Positions 36,025-44,386 of a DNA stretch of 64,000 nucleotides are shown here, one piece after another. The position numbers and the translations under genes are program-made. The stretch spans positions 647,648-711,647 of the forward strand of contig NZ_JAPLET010000022.1 of assembly GCF_026391055.1 (NCBI RefSeq), given 5' to 3'. Under the pieces are notes generated by a model that was not told the DNA's origin, did no database searches, and saw only the letters and a program-made list of their open reading frames with translations. The stretch comes from Spirosoma sp. (GTDB lineage: Bacteria; Bacteroidota; Bacteroidia; Cytophagales; Spirosomataceae). Numbering within the stretch: the first letter of the stretch is position 1; every line of letters starts with the position of its first letter.

Positions 36025-38523
36025 TTAGTATTCTGCCAGCAGCGACAACCACTTGCCAGCTGAGGTAACCCACACTTCTTTATAGGTGGCATTATTGATA
36101 GCTGGCCACCAGGGAATATCTTCATTATCTATTGTTCGTATGCCTACCGGGATTTCGCCTGTTATTTCTCCGGATGAAAAACTATTCATTTGCGGATACC
36201 TATTTCCCTCCCCATAAATCAACGATTGACCAAATGGGTTTTTACCCACCGTCCAGTATAACTGTTCGCGCCCTATTTGACGTAACACTTCATCATTTAA
36301 AAAATGCCCACAAATAGCAGCCGCCTTCCCGGTAGAAAGATGAACCGTTGTATTGCCATTGAAAATACCGAACCAAACGGGAAACCTTTTTAGATAATGC
36401 TGTTCATCCAGCTTTACCCCTTTTGTCACCTGTTCTTTGTATAACTCCTTTGCGTTAGCTGGCGGAAATAAATGCAGCGAGTAGAATGCCGACGAGTCAG
36501 ATGCTTCTTCTGTATGATACACGCCACTGGGTATCATTCCGTAAGGAGCCGTGTAAACCATAATGTCTTTTATATAATTGCCGTAAAGCTGCACGGCCAG
36601 ATACCACTTCTGATAATCGGGATGACTACGCTGGGTTTCGCACAAGAGAATAAGTGCCTGCATGTACACCTGGTCCCGGGACTGATGGACGAAATGCACG
36701 ATGGATGTTTGGGTCGTATCTCGGTAAAAAAAACCTTTACTACCCCTGGCATTGCCCAGCGGAGCTGTGCGTTGGCAGTTAAGTGTATAACGGATGAAAT
36801 CGGCCGCCGTTTGGGCATATTGCTGTTGACCGGTCAACTTATAAAGCATGCTGGCAGCCCAGGAAATAGTAGCCATATACTGGCTTTTCGACGTGTTATA
36901 GCTATGCTCATACAACTGCGAAAATCCGCCATACCCACTTTCTTTATACGTTTTCATCGCAAAAGAGAAGTCTTCCCGTGCTATTTTACCCAGGTATTCG
37001 CTAAAGGCAGGGTCCTTGTCAAGGGTCATGGCGGCATAAGCCTCGTAAGCGGCATACAGGAAATTGTCGAATGAGTTATTATGCACCCGCACCGAGTGAA
37101 TATCATCCAACGAGCCAATCAGGCCATCCTGCCAAATAAGCAATCCCATGCTGCTGGCCCGGTACCCATCGCCATAACGGTTCTTCAACACAAAATTAAG
37201 TCCCCATTCGGCCTCTTCCCGCAAGCGGGCTGCCAGTAGCGGATTTTTCGTCCGCTGCTTTTTATACGATTCCAGCAAGGCAAAACTAACATCTGCCGTT
37301 TGCAAGGTTTGCTGAGACAGGTCGCCCGCGTCATGCCAGCCACCGCTGTAAGAAATCTTTTTCCCATTGTGCTCAGAAAACAGATCAACATGACATTGCC
37401 CGTGCTTCTGAGGCACCGCATAGCCACACCGCTGACAGAAAATATAATTTAATACCCGCCATTGGGAAGACGTCCAGATACTTGGGTTAATCCCAAAGGA
37501 AGCGGTTTTCATCGTGCCGAAGACGATATGGTAGGTACCGGCTTTACTGAAATCACTGAAATCAAGTACCTCGTACTTACCCGTAGAAGTTTGCACCAGC
37601 TTCGGCTTTGCTTGATAAGCTACCTGCTGAGTCACTTCATTGATCAGTTGAAAAGAGGCATTGCTTAGAGCGATTGGCCGATTGGCAATAGCCGTTTTTT
37701 TCCCTTCGGTCATGTAGCCCGATGTCGAATAAACAATACTATTGGGGGCTGGCATCCACCCGTGGCTTATTTCCGGCGTTTGTATTTGTTTTAAAACGGG
37801 CTGATCAATGTAATAGATGACAGAGTCGCCGTTGGTTAGGTCTTTTCCTTTTAATGACACGTAAAAGGCAATTTCTGCCACTTTATCTCGACGAAGGTCC
37901 GATAGATCCAGGTAACAGCGGTTCCATTGATGGTTCGTCAAATTTAAAAGATGATCGGCCGAGTCCATAAGTGTTCCGGTTTTGGCTAATCCGGCTTGAT
38001 TACGAACGCTAATGTTGATATTCACGACCTGGGCACCTTCGGCGTCAGGATAAATGAAAAATTCGAGCCGGTTATAGGCTTCCCAATTTTGCCCGTTCAA
38101 ATTCAACTGCATACGGCAATTTCCGTAGGTGGCATAGTCCGGGTCAGTCTTTGAACCAACGGCCCTTTTTCCGGTAAATGTTGGGAAACTCAACCGCAAA
38201 GCTGGCTGTCCGGATTTTGTCTTTACATCAGCCATTGTCAGCTTTCCGTAACCAGTATGTTTCCAGTTACTGAAGATAGACGCTACTGTCAGGGGTTTCG
38301 AAAGTAGTACAGGCTTTTCCAGCGAAACGGCTTCGTAAGAACGGGAAAAATCCAGTGATAGCGGGCGATGAATCACCCCACTTTGGATAACCTCCTTGTA
38401 TAAGTTTATCTTGATACCATCTTTTTGGATTTGGGCGTAACTGGCGGAAATAGTACAGGCAACCAGAAACGTGCAGAGTAATCTTACCGTCATTAGTAAC
38501 ACTTCGTCGAGAATGTAATTCAA
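36025..38523 (-). CDS. Glycoside hydrolase family 9 with Ig-like (CelD_N-type) module and long N-terminal region
   Basis: 832-aa ORF (alternative start MTVRLLCTFLVAC at 38493). GH9 signature 'YSGGWHDAGD'. Ig-like 'YEVLDFSDFSKAGTYHIVFG...SFGI'. Confidence 0.85.
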   Translation of the reverse strand: MNYILDEVLLMTVRLLCTFLVACTISASYAQIQKDGIKINLYKEVIQSGVIHRPLSLDFSRSYEAVSLEKPVLLSKPLTVASIFSNWKHTGYGKLTMADVKTKSGQPALRLSFPTFTGKRAVGSKTDPDYATYGNCRMQLNLNGQNWEAYNRLEFFIYPDAEGAQVVNINISVRNQAGLAKTGTLMDSADHLLNLTNHQWNRCYLDLSDLRRDKVAEIAFYVSLKGKDLTNGDSVIYYIDQPVLKQIQTPEISHGWMPAPNSIVYSTSGYMTEGKKTAIANRPIALSNASFQLINEVTQQVAYQAKPKLVQTSTGKYEVLDFSDFSKAGTYHIVFGTMKTASFGINPSIWTSSQWRVLNYIFCQRCGYAVPQKHGQCHVDLFSEHNGKKISYSGGWHDAGDLSQQTLQTADVSFALLESYKKQRTKNPLLAARLREEAEWGLNFVLKNRYGDGYRASSMGLLIWQDGLIGSLDDIHSVRVHNNSFDNFLYAAYEAYAAMTLDKDPAFSEYLGKIAREDFSFAMKTYKESGYGGFSQLYEHSYNTSKSQYMATISWAASMLYKLTGQQQYAQTAADFIRYTLNCQRTAPLGNARGSKGFFYRDTTQTSIVHFVHQSRDQVYMQALILLCETQRSHPDYQKWYLAVQLYGNYIKDIMVYTAPYGMIPSGVYHTEEASDSSAFYSLHLFPPANAKELYKEQVTKGVKLDEQHYLKRFPVWFGIFNGNTTVHLSTGKAAAICGHFLNDEVLRQIGREQLYWTVGKNPFGQSLIYGEGNRYPQMNSFSSGEITGEIPVGIRTIDNEDIPWWPAINNATYKEVWVTSAGKWLSLLAEY

Positions 38524-38799
38524 AGGTATAAAATACCATCTATAGGCACCCTATGCCTATACCCTGAATGTCTTGCGATACGGATAGTCGTTGACAGAAA
38601 TTAAAATCAGGGTTACATAAGATATTGATGTTCTAATTTCTGTCAAACTACAATCAGTCACATACGCAACTAAACAAAACTGGAGCATACAACAGTTATC
38701 GTATAGCGTACCAAGAAAGAACGATAATTTTTAGCGAAATTTTAGAGTGTTTCTTTTTAATTTAAAATCGTATTTGTTCTACCTTACAAGTCAGTAATT

Positions 38800-39114
38800 A
38801 TGACAAGAGAAGAATTTTATGCTTCTGGATGGTCTCTAAACACAATAAATAAGGTGATTATCCACCTAAAAAATAATGCCGAACCTATATTTCCCGCTAG
38901 ATTGGTCTACCCAATTTTACGTGAGTCCCCATTGGAAACCGTTCATCAAGAGGGCGAAGATGAACTTCACCAAACACCCTCAGCGGTAATAGCACTTTCT
39001 CTCAACTTCGAGGTTTTAACTAAGGTCGAATCATCAACAGTAGATTATTCACCCCAATGGGTTCCAGGAAGTATCCCTTTAGAATCCGTAGAGTCGATCA
39101 ATCGCCTGACTTAA
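38800..39114 (+). CDS. Hypothetical protein
   Basis: 104-aa ORF in an AT-rich region. No motif recognised. Confidence 0.3.
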   Translation: MTREEFYASGWSLNTINKVIIHLKNNAEPIFPARLVYPILRESPLETVHQEGEDELHQTPSAVIALSLNFEVLTKVESSTVDYSPQWVPGSIPLESVESINRLT

Positions 39115-40033
39115 AACATAAAATTTAAAGAAGGCAGAGCGTCCGAATCCATAAGCGGGCATTCTGCCTGGGATTCATCTGTGTTTAAACCAGATAAGCA
39201 ACCCTAATTAGCGTTCATGAACATTAGTCCACTTCCTTTTGAGGTTACCGGCGCCAGATTGAGATAGCTGTAAGTGTTCAACTTTTTATGCCTTTTCTTT
39301 TTCTAGAATAGCATTTTTCGAGACGAGCAAGACACCCGTGTGACATAATCACTTCCTTCATGGGTATACATCCGTCGTTTGTTGACCTTATTGGTCAGGC
39401 AAACCCGATCTTTGGGTTTTATACTAAATGAAGCTAGGTGTTGCCTCACCAAAAGATCAAAGTTAAATGCCCTTACCATTCCCGGCTAACCCTAGCTACT
39501 TGTAGAAGCGCAGCTACGAAGCCGAAGTTACTTTTCCAATTCTACAGGCCGTCTAAAAATGTTAGCGGTAAGGCACGGTGTCCCACCAATATGTCTTAAA
39601 CTCCATGAGTAAAGCTTGCCAAGCCGTTGCTTCCATTATTTGACCAGATTGGACGTTATCCCCGCCAATAGCCCTCCGCAATATCGGGGTAAATATCCCC
39701 TGTCATGATAGCCTCAAATCTTGACATTCTATCGTGTAGAAGAGTCCCACTAAAAAATATTCGGGGCCAGAAATCGTATGCGACTGGTAAAATTGACAGT
39801 CATTAGAGTTGTTATCAATAATGTTTCTGCGTCTCACTAATGATGGTTTTTATAAAAGACTGATTTTTAAACATCTGTCAGACTCAATCAGTCGGATACT
39901 GGTGCAACACAACTAAGCAAAATGGTCAAACAATTATTGCATGGACACAATTTGTGACGTCTAGGTTAAATCTAGTTTTAAACTAGACAGATGATCCTTA
40001 TTTTTACTAAATTTTCCTCATTCAGTTTTACCA

Positions 40034-40897
40034 ATGGCCAATACGATAACCGAATTACTGAAAAAAAACAAGACCCAGCTTCTCGACAGATGGATTCACG
40101 TGCAGTTGACGAGTCAAACGCTTCGAGATGATCTAATGTCCGATGATGAGCTGCGGGCGCAATCTGAAGAACTGGTTAATGCCTTGGCAAAAGTGATCAC
40201 GGAGGAAAACAGTAATCAACCCGATTCGGCCGACTTCGATGAAGTTTTTGAAATTTTATCGACCATTTCCATGTCACGCGCCCGCCAGGGCTTTTCGCCC
40301 CGCGAAACTGGCACTTATATTAATAGTCTGCGGGAAGCTATCATAAACTTGCTTCAAGAGCAATTGTTGGAGTCGCCAGCTCAACTCTTTGCCGAAAGTC
40401 AGAAACTAACCCGGCTGCTGGACCATTTTAGCGTTATTACGTTCGAAACGTTTATTAAAGGCCGGGAGGAAGTGATTTTCAGGCAGACCGAGGAAATTAG
40501 TGATATCTCAACCCCAGTGATTCAAATATGGGACGGCATTCTGGCCTTGCCCATTATTGGCACGCTGGACAGTTCCCGAACCCAGGTCGTGATGGAAAAC
40601 CTCTTGCAAAAGATTGTCGATACTGGCAGCAGCATTGCTATTCTGGATATTTCCGGGGTGCCGGCGGTTGACTCATTGGTAGCCCAGCATCTAATCAAGA
40701 CCGTCAGTGCTACCCGACTCATGGGGGCCGACTGTATCATTAGTGGTATCCGTCCCGAAATTGCCCAAACCGTTGTTCATTTAGGTATCGATCTATCAAA
40801 CATCATTACAAAAGCATCGTTGGCCAGTGCACTCAAACATGCCTTTAGCTTGCAAAAGCTCGTAATTAAACGGTTGGAAGGAGATAAGATACGGTAA
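40034..40897 (+). CDS. rsbR: RsbR-type stressosome co-antagonist (RsbRD_N-like sensor domain + STAS)
   Basis: 287-aa ORF. N-terminal 'LLDRWIHVQL'. STAS 'ILDISGVPAVDSLVAQHLIK...GIRPEIAQTVVHLGIDL' is collinear with B. subtilis RsbRA. Confidence 0.9.
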   Translation: MANTITELLKKNKTQLLDRWIHVQLTSQTLRDDLMSDDELRAQSEELVNALAKVITEENSNQPDSADFDEVFEILSTISMSRARQGFSPRETGTYINSLREAIINLLQEQLLESPAQLFAESQKLTRLLDHFSVITFETFIKGREEVIFRQTEEISDISTPVIQIWDGILALPIIGTLDSSRTQVVMENLLQKIVDTGSSIAILDISGVPAVDSLVAQHLIKTVSATRLMGADCIISGIRPEIAQTVVHLGIDLSNIITKASLASALKHAFSLQKLVIKRLEGDKIR

Positions 40898-40912
40898 CTG
40901 CGTAAACATACA

Positions 40913-41311
40913 ATGGACAAAATACCCATCCTTCGAATGGGGACCTTCTTACTGGTCACTATTCAAGTTGATTTATACGATCGGCTAGCTTTAAATCTGG
41001 AAAGTGATTTGATCAATATGGTCCATAAAACGGGTGCTCGGGGCGTGCTGATTGATATTTCGGCTGTATCAATCGTGGATTCGTTTATGGGACGTATACT
41101 GGGCAATATTGCCTGTATGACCCGGGTGCTGGATGCTGAAACGGTCGTTGTCGGAATGCAACCGGCCGTAGCCATTACCCTCATCGAACTAGGTTTATCG
41201 TTGAATGGCGTCTATACAGCACTCGACGTGGAACGAGGCATTAGTTTATTGCAAACCAAGCTTGGTCCCAACGACGAACTGGCAGACGACGATGCTGACG
41301 ACACTGAGTAG
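40913..41311 (+). CDS. rsbS: RsbS-type STAS scaffold / antagonist
   Basis: 132-aa ORF. 'IPILRMGTFLLVTIQ...GVLIDISAVSIVDSFMGR...GMQPAVAITLIELGL' aligns along its full length with B. subtilis RsbS, including the phospho-Ser in 'VDSF'. Confidence 0.93.
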   Translation: MDKIPILRMGTFLLVTIQVDLYDRLALNLESDLINMVHKTGARGVLIDISAVSIVDSFMGRILGNIACMTRVLDAETVVVGMQPAVAITLIELGLSLNGVYTALDVERGISLLQTKLGPNDELADDDADDTE

Positions 41312-41705
41312 AGACAGGCTGACCATAACCCGGGAACAAGACGTAGTTCCGTGTCGGAACCGGGTTAAAGAAGCGGCCGTGAGAATTGGGATGGGGATCG
41401 TCAACCAAACCAAATTGATTACAGCAGCCAGCGAACTGATTCGGAACATGCTTCGGTACGCTGGTGGGGGCGAGCTTTTGATCGAAGTCGTTTGCAAGGG
41501 ACGCGAATCCGGCATACGACTTACGTTTACCGATCAGGGGCCGGGCATAGCTGATATTCAGCTGGCCATGCAGGATGGGTATTCGACCGGAAAAAGTTTG
41601 GGCTTAGGGTTACCTGGTACTAAACGTCTGGTTAATGAGTTTGATCTCGAAAGTATATTAGGCCAAGGAACAACAATCACTATACTAAAATGGAAAAATG
41701 GATAA
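41292..41705 (+). CDS. rsbT: RsbT-type GHKL serine kinase / switch protein
   Basis: 137 aa counted from MLTTLSRD; the ATG at 41292 overlaps rsbS by 20 nt. 'SELIRNMLRYAGGG', 'DQGPGIADI', 'GLGLPGTKRLVNEF'. Confidence 0.9.
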   Translation: MLTTLSRDRLTITREQDVVPCRNRVKEAAVRIGMGIVNQTKLITAASELIRNMLRYAGGGELLIEVVCKGRESGIRLTFTDQGPGIADIQLAMQDGYSTGKSLGLGLPGTKRLVNEFDLESILGQGTTITILKWKNG

Positions 41706-42738
41706 CTCCGCGCATACTCAATTTCGAGCCCCAGATCGGAGTTATTTGGCTCAACTAAAAAAAGGAGTTGGTCAAATGGCCATTAAGGCTGGCTTCCAAC
41801 CGCAGCGATTAGCAGAGATTGATATAATTGTTGCAGAAATGGCCACCAACCTGATTAAGCATGGTGGCGGTGGCGAACTACTGGTCCGCCACATTCAGAC
41901 CACTCCGCAGGCGGGTCTGGAGTTGATCAGCATTGACAGTGGCCCAGGGATGACCGACACTACCCGAGTGTTTCAGGATGGTATCTCGACGACCAATACA
42001 TTGGGCCAGGGCCTGGGCTCGATCAAACGCTTAGCAGATCAGGTGCAGCTGTTCTCCATAAAAGGTTGGGGTACCATTTTGCTGGCCCGCATTTTTCTTC
42101 ATCCACTACCCGATAACGCTTCTATTCGCCTGTCAGGTTTTGAATTCCGGTCGTTACTGGTTGCTAAACCCGGTGAAACCCTGTGTGGCGATGGAGTTTA
42201 TGTAAAAATAACGCCCACTCACCTTAAGCTTTTTTTGGGTGATGGGTTAGGCCACGGACCTGAAGCTTACTTAGCAGTACAGACCGCCGTAAATGCTTTC
42301 CGGCTTTGCCCGGATCATCGTCCCGTCGATATTTTGCGGCAAATGCACCGCTCGGTTACGAAAACCCGCGGTTTGGTTGGCTCGGTGGTTGTTTATGATG
42401 TGGCGAGTCAACAATGGAACTGGTGCGGAGTGGGTAATATCACGACTAGGATTAGTGGGCCTATGGCTACCAAAAACTTTCTATCCTACAATGGCATTAT
42501 TGGCATGAACCTGCCAGCAACCATGAATGATCATACCCTGCCCTTTGAGCGGGGGCAACTCCTAATTATGTGCTCGGACGGGCTCCAATCGCGTTGGGAT
42601 CCTACTAAATATCCACATATTCACCGCTACGATCTATCGATCCTAGCTGCGGCCTTATATAAAGATTATGCCCGACAAACTGATGATAGTTCCTTGTTTG
42701 TTGGGCGTTCACAGGGAGATCATGGAAGAATTAGTTAA
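41698..42738 (+). CDS. Fusion of an RsbT/RsbW-like GHKL kinase domain with a PP2C (SpoIIE/RsbX-like) phosphatase domain
   Basis: 346-aa ORF whose start overlaps rsbT by 8 nt. N-half: 'AEMATNLIKHGGGG', 'DSGPGMTD', 'GQGLGSIKRL'. C-half: 'GDGVYV', 'LGDGLGHGPEA', 'MCSDGL'. Confidence 0.85.
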   Translation: MDNSAHTQFRAPDRSYLAQLKKGVGQMAIKAGFQPQRLAEIDIIVAEMATNLIKHGGGGELLVRHIQTTPQAGLELISIDSGPGMTDTTRVFQDGISTTNTLGQGLGSIKRLADQVQLFSIKGWGTILLARIFLHPLPDNASIRLSGFEFRSLLVAKPGETLCGDGVYVKITPTHLKLFLGDGLGHGPEAYLAVQTAVNAFRLCPDHRPVDILRQMHRSVTKTRGLVGSVVVYDVASQQWNWCGVGNITTRISGPMATKNFLSYNGIIGMNLPATMNDHTLPFERGQLLIMCSDGLQSRWDPTKYPHIHRYDLSILAAALYKDYARQTDDSSLFVGRSQGDHGRIS

Positions 42739-44386
42739 AGGTACGCTTGACAATGAAATGGACCTGATTCTGGCCCATAAGCGGGCGATGAGACTGGCCG
42801 AGCTGGCGGGCTTGTCATTAGCGGCTCAAACTACGTTTGCGACGGCCATTTCTGAGGTGGCTCGCTATGCCATTGAACTAGGGACTGGACCCGTATTAAC
42901 ATTAGGTATTGACCGCTCCCAAGGGCATCCGTTCTTAGTCGCCCTCATTGAAGACCCTCATCTTCCAGTTGCTAACCCTCTGAATCAGGCACTTTTATAC
43001 GCCCAGCGGTTGGTCAGTAAGTTGGAAATAACCCATACTGGTAAAGGCGGAACAATTAGCTTATACCATAGCTTACCCATCGCTCGAAACATAAGTCAGC
43101 AGCAGGTAAACCGCTGGCGGTTATACTTCGAGGCTACTCAACCGCTCTCGGCCTATGATGAAATTAAGCGAAAAAATGAGCAACTGCAGGAATTAGCCCT
43201 GCGGCTCCAGGCCAGCGAACAACATTACCAACGGGTAACGGACTCACTGCCGCTTTTAATTTTTACCACTAATCAAGCGGGGCAGCTTCTGTACACCAAC
43301 ACCTGGCTAACCGAACTGACGGGTTATTCCATTCAAACCATTAATCAAGCTAGATGGGCTAATATCATCCACCCCGAGGACTATGATGAATTCTGGCGAC
43401 TTTGGACCAAACAAGCGTCTAGTTATCGGCCCTTTCAATACGAATGTCGCCTTAAAAAGGGTGGCCGTGAGCACTATATCTGGCATCTGATTACGGCCCA
43501 ACCGGTAAAAAGTGAGCCTGGTAAGGTAGCGGCCTGGAGCGGATTCGCCGTTGATATTCAGGCACAGAAACTGGCCGAACAGACCCTTCGACAAAATGAG
43601 GAACTAGTTCGGGCCAAAGCCAGTCTGGAGCAATCGCAACACGAATTAACGCTAACCATACGGGAATTAAACCGGAGCAATGAGGAGTTGAGCCAGTTCG
43701 CCTACATTGCCAGTCACGATCTGCAGGAACCCTTGCGTAAAATCCAGCAATTTGGTGACTTGCTTCAGGCACGAGAAACAAACTTATCATCAGATTCAGT
43801 GACCTATTTGAATCGCATGCAAGAGGCAGCCAGTCGAATGTCGATGCTAATTAAAGATTTGCTAAGTTTCTCCCGACTGTCCACGCGTCGGGAATCCATA
43901 AGGTCCTTATCTCTAACGAATCTGCTTCACGCTTGTCTAGACGATTTATCGCTACTGATTAGCGAAACGAATGCCCAAATCCATATTCAACCGCTACCTA
44001 CCATTGAAGGAGAAGCTACGCAGCTTGGTCAATTATTTCAAAATTTACTCAGCAATGCGCTCAAGTTTCGTCAAAAGGGAGTCATTCCCCAAATTTGGGT
44101 TAATTATCAGGCTATTCCGGCCACTCATCTACCCGCTTTCTGGAAGCCTGCCAGTGCCAACGGTATCTATCATAAAATAGAAATAGCTGATAATGGGATA
44201 GGCTTTAATGAAAAATACCTGGATCGGATTTTTCAGGTTTTTCAGCGTTTGCATGGAAAAAATGAATTTGCGGGTACTGGTGTCGGTCTGGCCATTTGCC
44301 AAAAAGTGGTAGCCAATCATGGTGGTATGATTACGGCGACTAGCCAACCAGGTAAAGGATCCACGTTTATCGTCTACTTGCCGTAA
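42722..44386 (+). CDS. Cytoplasmic sensor histidine kinase: degenerate RsbT-like N-domain, coiled coil, PAS, HisKA, HATPase
   Basis: 554 aa counted from MEELVKG; the ATG at 42722 overlaps the upstream gene by 17 nt. PAS 'LLYTNTWLTELTGY'. H-box 'ASHDLQEPLRKI', 'NLLSNALKF', 'DNGIGF', 'GTGVGLAI'. Confidence 0.9.
   Translation: MEELVKGTLDNEMDLILAHKRAMRLAELAGLSLAAQTTFATAISEVARYAIELGTGPVLTLGIDRSQGHPFLVALIEDPHLPVANPLNQALLYAQRLVSKLEITHTGKGGTISLYHSLPIARNISQQQVNRWRLYFEATQPLSAYDEIKRKNEQLQELALRLQASEQHYQRVTDSLPLLIFTTNQAGQLLYTNTWLTELTGYSIQTINQARWANIIHPEDYDEFWRLWTKQASSYRPFQYECRLKKGGREHYIWHLITAQPVKSEPGKVAAWSGFAVDIQAQKLAEQTLRQNEELVRAKASLEQSQHELTLTIRELNRSNEELSQFAYIASHDLQEPLRKIQQFGDLLQARETNLSSDSVTYLNRMQEAASRMSMLIKDLLSFSRLSTRRESIRSLSLTNLLHACLDDLSLLISETNAQIHIQPLPTIEGEATQLGQLFQNLLSNALKFRQKGVIPQIWVNYQAIPATHLPAFWKPASANGIYHKIEIADNGIGFNEKYLDRIFQVFQRLHGKNEFAGTGVGLAICQKVVANHGGMITATSQPGKGSTFIVYLP

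Noticed and set aside
41205-41291. Long N-terminal extensions of the rsbT ORF (41205) and the kinase ORF (42668) in the track
   Set aside because: The extensions overlap the preceding genes extensively and lack homology to RsbT or kinase N-termini. Internal ATGs at 41292 and 42722 give the expected proteins with short coupling overlaps.
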